Positions 25,701-38,279 of a stretch of 59,397 nucleotides of DNA are shown here, in pieces (position 1 is the stretch's first letter; each line of letters starts with the position of its first letter). Source of the DNA: Octopus bimaculoides (lineage: Eukaryota); assembly GCF_001194135.2 (NCBI RefSeq), contig NC_068981.1, forward strand, positions 90,418,521 to 90,477,917, written 5' to 3'. The notes beneath the pieces are model-generated. The model was not told the origin of the DNA. It ran no database searches and saw only the letters and a program-made list of their open reading frames with translations. The translations under genes and the position numbers were made by a program.

Positions 25701-28700
25701 TTGGTTTCGAATTTTGTCAAGGCCTGCAATTTTAGGTGAATGGGTTAAGTCAATTAAATCTATACCAGTGGTCAATTGATACTTATTTTATTGCTCCATG
25801 GCAGAATTTGAACACAAAACGTAAAGATGGGCAAAATGCCACTAAGCATTTTGTCCGGTATGCTAACAGTTCTGGTTGAAAGAATGTTCTGAATTATTGT
25901 TGAACCATACTCATAGCAGACATTCCAAATCAATGAAGGTTTGTGGTGAAATGATCAAATCAGACTTGATATTGTTGGACCACAGTGACATGCACAAAAC
26001 ATCCCTCCAGGGTCAGTAAAATAATGTACCAGTCATGTACTAGGGCTGATGGTATCAACAAACATCCTTCTCTCAAAATTGTTGGCCTTGTACCTAAATC
26101 ATCATCATTGTTTAACGTCCGCTTTCCATGCTAACATGGGTTGGACGAGTTGACTGAGGACTGGTGAACCAGGTGGCTACACCCGGCTCCGATCTGATCT
26201 GGCAGAGTTTCTACAGCTGGATGCCCTTCCTAATGCCAACCACTCAGAGAGTGTAGTGGGTGCTTTTACGTGCCACCGGCACGAAGGCCAGTCAGGCGGT
26301 ACTGGCGACGGCCACGCTCATAATGGTGTATTTTACGTGCCACCTGCACAGGAGTCAGTCCAGCGGCACTGGCAACGATCTCACTCAAATGTCTTTTCAC
26401 GTGCCAGGAACGTGAAGCTGTAGCACAAGTTTCGCGTTCCTGGCACTCGTGGCGGTGGCACGTGAAAAGATATTCGAGATGCTTCACATTTCTTCCAGCT
26501 CTTTGCTCTGAATGCAAATCTTACCATAGTCAACTTATTTTATCAACCACTGAAAGGATGAGACAGAGTACCAGTTGAGCACTGGGATTAAAGTAACAGA
26601 CTCCTTTCCCTTAAAATTGCTGACCTTGTACCAAAATTTGAAACAAAGATTATTAGGCCTTGTGCCTATAGTAGAATTACTATTATTTTTATTATTTTAG
26701 AAGGCAATGAGCTGGCAGAATCATTAGCATGCCAGACGAAATGCTTAGTGGTATTTCACCTATTGCTACGTTCTCAGTTCAAATTCCCCTGAGGTAGACT
26801 TTGCTTTTCATCATTTCAGGGTCAATAAATTAAGTACCAGTGAAACACTGGGGTCAATGTAATCTACTAGTCCTCTCCCTGCAAATTTCCAGCTTTGTGA
26901 CTTTAATAGAAAGAATTATTGTTATTATTATTTAATTTGATTATTTTTATTTATTTACAGTTATCAAGAATCCAGCATTGATGATATCAGCGATGAGACT
27001 GATGCAGAAAGAACCCTCGAGTCTCATCAAGACTTACAGTACATGGAGCAAGATTTTGAGGACGATTATTATTCCAGCAGTGAAGAGAACGAAGCCCTGT
27101 GCCGTGCTGCAGCTGCACAAAACAACATGTCCCATCCCGACAATGATGAGAGTGATGACGTCAGCATCAGTGCCTTCGTCCCAGAATCTGTGCGTCAGCA
27201 ATACAAGCTTTCTTTGCAAACAGAAAGCTCCACTAATATTATTGAACTGGCCAAACGCCAACAGCACCTGGAGAAAAGCAAAAATCGCAAATACCAGCCT
27301 CATGATAATATAGACAGTACCGATGACACTTTGGATGAAGACTACGATAGCGATGAGATGGAATCTATGGCAACTACGAGTGTGGACGACTTGATTGATG
27401 ATGCTTTGGACTCGGATACAGATGACAATAGACTCCAAACAACCCCGATTCAATCAGCTGTTAGTGATGGTTTTGTTTTTTGTCCCTTTCTTCTTAGGTT
27501 CCATCATACTGCACAGCACCTTTGCACCAGTGCCTTCTATAGCTCTGGACCAAACAAGGTTTTGTGAATGGATTTGGTAGATGGAAACTGAAAAAATGCC
27601 CATTGTATGTGTTTGTGTGTGTGTGGTTGGCATTAGGAAGGCCATTCACCTGTCAAAAAAAAACGTACCAAAACAAACAGTGGAGCTCGGTGCAGTCCTC
27701 TGGCTTGCCAGCTCCTGTCAAACCGTCCAACCCATGCCAGCATGGAATATAGATGTTTGATGATGATGATTGATATATATATATATGTATGTATAAAAAA
27801 ATAAAATTTAGGAAATGGAGATGTAGCATTAATATAATCTAAACTGTAAGAGAATATGTTGGATTTTTGCAGTTGATAAATTGTATTAATTGCTACATCT
27901 CCATTTTCTGAATTTTATTTTGAATAAACCAAGATTTATACTTAGACCTATTTTTTTATGAATACCACTATTCACAAAAAAAAAAAACACTAGGCAATGA
28001 ACCAGTAATTCATTCGATATATTTTTATCCTTTAATGTGGCTATTTTAACCCCTAATTGAATAAATATATATATATATATTGAACTCTCCTATTAACAGA
28101 TGAGGGTTCTGTAATTTCTTGCATAACAACCACACCAATGATTTGTTTATAGTGATCAAATGTTTGTGTTTATATAAGCTCACTCCTTCCATCAAATCAA
28201 CGTTAGCTGTACAGGTGCACAAGTGTGTCAGATGTCGAAATGATTGCCGAGCAGTGTGAAATGAAGTGTTTTGCTGCCCATTCCAGGAATCTAGCTGATT
28301 TCACAATTGTGAGCCCAACATTCTACCACCTGTCCATGCACCTAGTCATTATGAATGTGTGTGTGTGTGTTATTGTCTCCTTGTCTTGACTTAGCATGGT
28401 AGTTGTCAAATGCATGTCACCGTCATGCAAGTAGTCTTTTGTTTACAATCTTGTGAGGAGATACTATCTTAGAAACCAGTCAGAATTGGTGACAGAAAGG
28501 GCGTCCAGCTATAGGAAATCTGCCTCAACAAATTCCATCTGACCCGTTCTAGTGTGAAAAAGTGAACATTAAATGATTATGATGTGCATTCATGCACGGC
28601 TACTTCAATATACTTATGCAGTTCAAAACATGAATACAGTAAGCAGCTTGGTTCTGGGTTCAGCCTCACTGCATGGCACCTTGGGTAAGTGTCTTCTACT

Positions 28701-31700
28701 ATAGCCTTGGGCTGACCAAAGCCTTGTGAGTGGATTTGGTAGATGGAAATTGAAAGAAGCCTGTTGTGTGTATGTATATATATATACACATACATTGATG
28801 CATGTCTAAATATGTGTATCTGTGTTTGTCTCCATCACCATTTGACAGCCAGTGTTTGTGTGTTTACGTCCCTGTAACTTAGTGGTTCATCAAAAGAGAC
28901 CAATAGAATAAACATTAGGCTTAAGAAATAGGTACTGTGGTCGATTTGTTTAACTAAAATCCTTTCAAGGTGATGTTCCACCATGGCCACAGTCAAATGA
29001 CTGAAACAAGTAAAAGAATAAAGCATAACAGAATCCTGTAGAATATTCCTAAACAGTTAAATTTTAATAGAGTTGACTCAACAATAACCACTTTTAAGAT
29101 TTGTGATGGAATAAATTTTGTTATGTTTAACATAGCCTTCATTTATATTTCTTGATTATTTATTTTTATTTTACTAGAACAAGCGTGGCAGTCATTTGTT
29201 AGCCACTTGTACAGACAGTTGCTATGATGATACAACAACAGATGATGATGTGGTGATGCGCAAGAGAAGCCCACTGATGTACAGTATTAGCATGTATCGC
29301 TCAAAAAGGTAATGTTCTTTCGTTCAGTAATGTTTTTAAAAGTTTTTATTTATATTGGTTCAGGCTCAGCTGTTAGGTGAAGAAGCTTGCTTCCCAACTA
29401 CATGGTTCTGGGTTCAGTCCCACTGCGTGGTATGTTGGGTGTCTTCTGCTATAGCCTCAGACCAACCAAAGCCTTGTGAGTGGATTTGGTAGACAGAAAC
29501 CAAAATGAAGTCCATTGTATATATATGTATATATTTGTATGTGTGTCTCTTTGTGTTGGTGTTTACGACAAACATCCCACCGTCGCTTGACAACTGATGT
29601 TGGTGTGTTTATGTCCCTGTAACCTAGCAGTTGGGCAAAGGAGACCAATAAAATAAGAACTGGGTTTACATATAGTAAGTGCTGGGATCGATTTCTTCCA
29701 CTAAAATACCCTTTAAGATGGTGCTCCTGCATGGTCACAGTCAGAATGATTGAAATGAATAAAAGACTACTGTATCATTGGCATTGGTAATTATAAGCCT
29801 TTCCCGAAATAAACGAATGTTTCTTAGAGCCTCTTAAACATAAGGATGAAATGTTGACAAATAATGTCTCATGTTATTGGCTGAGAGTAATACTGGTCTT
29901 TTGATTTTATTGTAACCTTGTTTAAATTTGGTCAAAATACAAGTTGTCCATAAAGTCATGGTGCAATGCTACAAAATTACTTCATTCCTAAGCTTGAACA
30001 ATTAGAACCGATAGAGAATACAGTTTTCAACAAGATGGTGCACCTTGTCATTTTAAGCTGTTTTTTAATTGAGAAATTTCTTAACAGATAGATTTGAAGT
30101 GATAGACCATTGTTTTGGCCTCCACATTCACCAGATTTGACTCCATTGGGTTTCTTTTTATGGGGACATGTGAAGAGTATTGCTCATTCAACTAAGACTT
30201 GAAAGCAAGGATAACTGATGCAATTGAAGGTGTTACTGAAAATCAGCTGGAAAGTATTTTCTGAGAACTACAGAATCGTATTTCATTCTATATAAGTAAT
30301 GATGTTGAAAATTAACTAGATGAATAAAAAATTTAGGTCCTTCTTTTTTATCCTTTTTACAAATTCTGTCATGTATAGTTTGAAGATACAAGTATTTTAA
30401 TTTGTGCCATGACTTTATGGACACCCTGTATGTTCATTCTGTCGGTGCCAGTTGACTTGGATGATAAGTGGTTAGAAGGGTATCATAAATCAGTTACAGT
30501 GATCATTCCAGCCAACTGGAAATGACCAGTTGTTTACACACACACACACACACATACCCACATCCCTGCCACATTGTTTCAAGGGTTGTAGTTTTGACAG
30601 GAGGATGTTAGTCAATTATATCGACCCCAGTACTTGAGTAACACATTTTATTGACCTCAGCGGGATGAAATGTAAAGTCGACTTGAGCTGGATTTGAACT
30701 CAAAATGTAAAGTTCCAGAAGATATACAAGACATTTTGTCCAATACTAATTTGCCAGTTTGTCATCATCATTTAACATTGGCTTTCCATGCTAGTATGGG
30801 TTGGATGGTTTGACAAGGACTGGTAAGCTGCATGGCTGTGTCAAGTTAATACTTTCTGATTTAGGCTCTCAAGACCAGCAAATTTAAAGGGAGAGGATTA
30901 TTTGATACTCTGGACTCCAGTACTTCTCTGGTACTTTATTTTATCAACCTTAGAAGAATAGAAAGCAAAGTTGACCTCAGCTGCATTTGAATTCTGAACA
31001 GGCATTTTGTTCAGTACTCTAAAAATTCTCTCAGTTTCCCACCTTAATAATAACCATCATTATTTAATGTCTTCCTTCCATGCTGACTGGGATGGTTTGA
31101 CAGGAGCTGACCAGGCAGAAGACTGCACCATACTTCTGTGTCTGTTTTGGCATGGTTTTTACAGCTGGATGCCCTTCCTAACACCAACCAACCACACTGC
31201 AAATTGATGATAATAATTGTTTCTCACAAAGGCATGAGGTCAAAAATTATTGGAGGGGAATTAAACCACCTGACTGGCCTTCGTGCTGGTGGCACGTAAA
31301 AGCACCCTCTACACTCTCGGAGTGGTTGGCGTTAGGAAGGGCATCCAGCTGTAGAATCTCTGCCAAATCAGATTGGAGCCTGGTGTAGCCATCTGGTTCA
31401 CCAACCCTCAGTCAAATCGTCCAACCCATGCTAGCATGGAAAGCGGACGTTAAATGATGATCCCAGTACTTTCTTACATATCTTTTACTTGTTTCAGTCA
31501 TTTGACTGTAGCCATGCTTGGGCACTGCCTTGAAAATCTTTTAGTCAAATGACTGACCCCAGGGCTCATTTTTTCACTCTGTCTCTTTTGCTGAACTACT
31601 TAGCTATGGGGGACATCATACAGCTGGTTGTCAAGCAGTGGTGGAGAAGAGACACATGTGCACACACACACACACACATATATGACAGACTTCTTTTAGT

Positions 31701-34700
31701 TTCCATCTACCAAATTCACTCACAAGGTTTTGGTTTGCCTGGGGCTATAGTAGAAGTCACTTGTCCAAAGTATTACACAGTGGGACTGAACCCAGAACCA
31801 TGTTGTTGGGAAGCAAACTTCTTACCACATAGCCCCACACCAGCACCTGATATTAATATACTTTGTTTTTTCTCAACCCTGGGAAGAAAAAGTTTGAACT
31901 TACAATCTAAAGAGCTGGAGTAAATATTTGTCTGATGCTTTAACTATTTAACCAGTCCAGTGCCAATATTTCTAATAAAAGCATAAAGCTTTTATGCCTT
32001 GCAAATTTTCATGGCAACCTTACTAGTGCCAGTGACATGTAAAAATCACCCAGTACACTCTGTTAAGTGCTTGGTATTAGGAAGGTCATGTAGCCATAGA
32101 AACCATGCCAAATATGACATCAGAGCCCGATGCAACCCAGCTGGGTTTCCTGTCAAATCATCTAACTCATGCCAGCATGGGAAACAGACGTTAAATAATG
32201 ATGAATTGATAATACTTTTTGTCAATAATTGTCATGTTTCATCTACTGATTCTGATACACTAATTATTAATTCACAGATTCAGTAACAACACTACACCTG
32301 TTCAAAAAATTGTCCGGAACAGCCGTCCTATGAGCAGTGAAGAGGAACTGGAAAGAGAAAAACCTAAGGAGGATAGTCGTAAGAGTATATTAGAAAGGAT
32401 AAAGGTTAGTTGATGCATTTTGTTATTGGATGTTTTTATAATGATTGGAACAGCAAACTATTTGTTCACTGAAGTTGTAAATTGTGAATAAAAAAAAAAT
32501 ATTAAAAACAATTTATCCTCCATTTTGATTTAATATTATGAAAATTCATACTGACCCACTGTATGTGTGTGTGATGTTCACTTACTCATTGTCTGCCACC
32601 AAGCTTAGTATGTGTACTCATGCTGCATCTCTTATGTTAACTCTTTTTTATTTTCTCATCCTTTCACTATATGATGTAAAATGTGACTGTAGAAAACCAG
32701 CCAACCAATCAAAAATTTATATTGGCTATTATTACACATTTTATATATGTGTATGATGGACTTATTTCAGTTTCCATCAACCAAATCTGAATCTGCTCAG
32801 TTTTTGGTCATCTCAAGGAACCACATAATAGGGCTAACTCCAAAGCCCTGCACTTGGGAAATAAACTTCTTAATCACATGCATCCATTCCTGTTACAGGG
32901 TGTAAAATTATTACCTTCTCATGACAACTGACCAAATGACTTCTGGTGTAAGTTGTATGTAAATAGTAATTTGACTTTTCTCCATTTAAACCAGTCATAT
33001 CTAGCCCCAAATTTTCTACTTGTTTTACATTCTAACTGGTCAGATATGGCCTCTCACACCTACCCAACAATGTCTTTGTTCAAATATACACTTACATCAT
33101 TGAAATCATTTGTTGGCACTCCGTCGCTTACGACGTCAAGGGTTCCAGTTGATCCGATCAACGGAACAGCCTGCTCGTGAAATTAACGTGCAAGTGGCTG
33201 AGCACTCCACAGACACGTGTACCCTTAACGTAGTTCTCGGGGATAATCAGCATGACACAGTGTGACAAGGCTGACCCTTTGAATTACAGGCACAACAGAA
33301 ACAGGAGGTAAGAGTGAGAGAAAGTTGTGGTGGACGAGTGCAGCAGGGTTCACCACCATCCCTTGCCGGAGCCTCGTGGAGCTTTAGGTGTTTTCGCTCA
33401 ATAAACACTCACAACGCCCGGTCTGGGAATCGAAACCGCGATCCTATGACCGCGAGTCCGCTGCCCTAAACACTGGGCCATTGGCGCGTCCACTCATTGA
33501 AATCATAAAGCTACAAGATAATGCATGATTAATTCAAAACAATGTGAATAACTAAACATTACATTTGATAGAGTAATCTGAATGTTAAAGAGTTAAACAT
33601 TTATTCTATAATCATTTTTTTTTCTTTTTCTTCTATTTTAGCAACTCAGTAATCAGGTATCCCTTGAACAGACTGTAATTTTGCAAACCAGCAACGCACT
33701 AAATCAGTGCTGCACTGAAGGCTCCAATTTCAGTGGTTCGGCCCAGCAAGTAGAATGCCACAAGTTACTTTTAATTGCCTGTATGTTCATTAAATATCCA
33801 CTTCTTTTGTTGACTCTCTATGTATTTTTTAACCAGTGAGCACGCTTGCTTTGATGGTAATAATCCCTGGACATTACTGTTTTGAGTTCTGGAACTCTTA
33901 GGAATGATTACCTGGTTTCTATGGTGTATAAGTGACTGAGAGTCATGAGGTTGCAACATTTTCCCTGAATGGGACACCATTGCAGGGTTACTCATTTACA
34001 GCTGAGTGGACTGGAGCGACATGAAATGATGTATTTAGCCCAAGAACACAATGTGCCACTTGGTCTGAAAACTGAAACTGCAATCTTACATGATTGCTTG
34101 CAGCAACCTAGCTACTAGGCAACATGCTTTCATGCTTGCTTTGGTACAATTTCATTGAAAAAAAAAAAAAAAAAAGACAGTATTGATGAAAGTTAATTTT
34201 AAATGTCAAGCAAGTGTGATCATGTCTTTTTTCTTTTATATACAAGGGGGGTGCTGCGAAAGGCCTGGTTGGAGGCCTAGCCCTCCGACTTCTTTTGCAG
34301 GGCTTAGAAAAACTGTATTAAGCTGGTTGTTTTCTTATTTCAGGTCAGAAGCGTCGAGCATATCTAGAAGAAATTCAGCGTTTGAAAGCTTCCAACTGCT
34401 TGAATCCTTTTGGGCCTGGCACTAAAGGAACTTTGGCTATAAGTGACATCCGACTACCATTAAAAAAAGACTTTGTCAGCAGAATGAGCACAGTGTATGG
34501 TAGGCAGTCAAGTTTGTTTACTTTTGTCTAAGACATACCCTTTGTCTTTGCTGAGAAAGTTATTTCTCTTGCAAAAGTTTGTCATAGACTATAGTATAGA
34601 ACACAACTACATTAATCTTATAGTGAAGTAGTCACTTCCATACATTGCTTTTGAAATTAAGTTTATTTACATTTATTCTTATCCTTCAAATAGTGGCATG

Positions 34701-37700
34701 AACCAGTTTGTCTTTTATGTCTTCCAACTTCAACTTTTCAGTTTGATATAATTCTTTTGTGACCATATTTCCAACAAAATACTTTCTGCTCCAATTTTTA
34801 AAATAAGTATTTGGAGAAATTTACTAAAATAACTATCTTCTCCATCATTAAGCTGGTGTTTGGCATATAACTTCACAAAAGGTTCTATAAAGTATTGATG
34901 CTTATAAGTACCTAAAAACAGAATTTTCTATCATAGAACCAGAGCAGTCTCAGACAGGTCCGTATTAAAGTGGTTAAACACATGATATTTGGGAATCGAA
35001 ACCGCGAGTCCGCTGCCCTAACCACTGGGCCATTGCGCCTCCACGTATCAGTTAGTACTGTTGAGGTGAATAGCTTGTTTTGAACTTACCTTCTTGAAAT
35101 GATATTCCAATAAATGTTATTGTCCTGGGATTTAACATCAGTTTTATTATTTCTTTACATTTGAATGATTTGATACCCATATCTATTTCTTTTTATATTT
35201 TCATCTCTCTTCAGATCTGAATGTTTTCTACTATGTTATACTTATCCGCAATGGTCCTCAAGTGTTTACCACTCAGCTTATATCAACACATGATCCAATG
35301 GTCAGAGGAAGTTTGGACTTTCCAAACATGATAAAAATGACAGATATTACATCAAAATTTCAAGTTACTTTGGAACTCTATGAAATGGTTAGGATTGCTA
35401 ACAAATTTTTTTCTATTATTGCTTTTGCAAAAATTCTTTTTAGCAGATTCCGTATTTCGTCTTACTTCCCTGTAGCACATACTCCTTCCTCTCACATATC
35501 TCAAAATTTTTGACAACTCTTCTCCATACAAAACCAGTTTGTCACTTAGTTGACTGGTTGACTGCTGATTTGTAAAATTACATTTTACTTTCTCTTTTCA
35601 ATCATTGATTATTTGATGAAGAGAAAAATTTGGATTAAGTCTGTTTTATTAATTTCTTATTTCTCTACTCAGGAAACCAGTATGTCATTTATCTTGTCCA
35701 AGAAAATTCATAATTTTTTTTCTACTTTTCAATTGTTAAATGAATATTTGGAATAAAATAAAATTAATTGTATGTTAAATATATTATACTAACTAAAGGA
35801 CTTTAAGTGACTTGTAAATGCAAAGTAACTCTGTTTTATAGAGAAAAAAAACGTTTTAAATGTTCAAATTGTATTGGTGTACCTCATAGTTTGAATAGTG
35901 AAATAGCATTGAAGCGGATTTATTATTGTGCTCAAAAGAAAAGTATTTTGAAATAGTGAAATTAGATATTAATTTTGAATTTCAAAACTTGATTTTTATA
36001 TTAACAAACGAAATATAGGTTTAAAAGCTAATGTACATTGTGAAGTAGAAAAGAAAATTCTATTTCCTTGTATCTAGAATCATATATTTTATTGATTTCA
36101 ACAGTGAGTGTGCTAGACCTATTGATAAAAATACATTAGTCACTGTATTTATTTTGAGAGGCTCTGCGTTTCTTTCAATTACTTTAAATATAACAAAGAA
36201 TTTAATAAAATAACTTAGTTATCATTCAGCTAGTGTTAGGAACATAAATCGTGACTAAGGTTTGGTGGAAGATTTTTAATTGAAAACTTATGAAAACAAG
36301 ACATTTGTACTCAGAGCCAGTTTCAGCTGGGTTGGTAATGAAAGGGTTAATATTTTGCTAAATAAATTATGGGGGAATTATTCAATTTCATTTTAGATTT
36401 TTCATTATAGTTTTGGAATTTAATTGAAATATCTTGTATTACAGAAATTGTCAAAAGNNNNNNNNNNNNNNNNNNNNNNNNNNNNNNNNNNNNNNNNNNN
36501 NNNNNNNNNNNNNNNNNNNNNNNNNNNNNNNNNNNNNNNNNNNNNNNNNNNNNNNNNNNNNNNNNNNNNNNNNNNNNNNNNNNNNNNNNNNNNNNNNNNN
36601 NNNNNNNNNNNNNNNNNNNNNNNNNNNNNNNNNNNNNNNNNNNNNNNNNNNNNNNNNNNNNNNNNNNNNNNNNNNNNNNNNNNNNNNNNNNNNNNNNNNN
36701 NNNNNNNNNNNNNNNNNNNNNNNNNNNNNNNNNNNNNNNNNNNNNNNNNNNNNNNNNNNNNNNNNNNNNNNNNNNNNNNNNNNNNNNNNNNNNNNNNNNN
36801 NNNNNNNNNNNNNNNNNNNNNNNNNNNNNNNNNNNNNNNNNNNNNNNNNNNNNNNNNNNNNNNNNNNNNNNNNNNNNNNNNNNNNNNNNNNNNNNNNNNN
36901 CCGATCAACAGAACAGCCTGCTCGTGAAATTAACGTGCAAGTGACTGAGCATTCCACAGACACGTGTACCCTTAAAGTAGTTCTCGGGGATAATCAGCGT
37001 GGCACAGTGTGACAAGGCTGACCCTTTGAATTACAGGCACAACAGAAACAGGAAGTAAGAGTGAGAGAAAGTTGTGGTGGAAAAGTACAGCAGGGTTCGC
37101 CACCATTCCCTGCCAGAGCCTCGTGGAGCTTTAGGTGTTTTCACTCACAACGCCCGGTCTGGGAATCGAAACCGCGATCCTATGACCACGAGTCCACTGC
37201 CCTAACCACTGGGCCATTGTGCCTCCACACTGAGAACCTTACACTTGTCCTAAAATTATCAACGTCATCATTATTTTGATATCCACTTTTCCATGTTTCA
37301 GTGAGTCAGATAAAATTTGTTGAGGCAGATTTTCTATGGCTGGATGCAACTTCCTGTTGCTGATCAACTTTTGTCTCAAAACAAAGTAATATGATCAGAT
37401 ATGTGATGGAAGGTTGGAAATGAATGACATTACTTGTATGATGATGAAACTTATTTGCAACTATTCCAACAATGTCAACGAGGAACACATAACAGGTTTC
37501 TTTCAGTTTCTATCCACCAAATCCACTCACAAGGCTTTGGTTAGCTTAGGACTGCAGTAGAAGGCATTTGCTAAAAGTGTCATACTGTTGGACTGAATCT
37601 GAACTTATATATTTAAGAAGCAAACTCCCTTATCACACAGTCATGGCTGTTACTAATACTAGTATAAATCTAGAATCTAATATTTGGTTAACTGCCTACA

Positions 37701-38247
37701 TAATTTTTGTTTTGGAATAAATCTTTTTCACATTTGCATGGATGTGGCAGTGGCTGTTTTTCTAAAATATGAATTGAAGAACAGATCTGATGAAACCTGT
37801 TCTTTGGTTAGTCAGGCAGACTAGAGGAAGCAGTTATGTTCCTGTGAAAGGCTAATGTAGGATTTGAATGTAATGAAAAGACAGGGTTAAGAGAAGCTTT
37901 TAGTTTCGGTATTCACATAACCCCTCTAGTCCTGATGTCTCAAAAAATTGCTCCCAGTATACTCTACAAAGTGGTTATTGGTTTGTGAAGGTTTTGCTCT
38001 TTAGTCTTGATTTGTTGAGATGGCAACCTCTCTAGTGCTGGTGCCATAAAAAATATTTTAAAGCATCTAATACACTTTGTAAAGTGGTTGGTGTTAGGCA
38101 CGACATCCAGCTGCAGAAAACCTGCAAAATGAAACAGACAAGTGTGTGGTCCCTAGACCAAACCTAATGGGACAGTAACTTCACACAAGGACTGGCTCAG
38201 GCTGTGATGACCAAGTCAACTCAGGCTGGCATAGAAAACATGCATGC

Positions 38248-38279
<32 letters not shown>

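Noticed and set aside
26978-27453. Alternative-frame and antisense ORFs over exons 4 and 7
   Set aside because: Shadows of the codon-biased anillin exons; no start or splice support.
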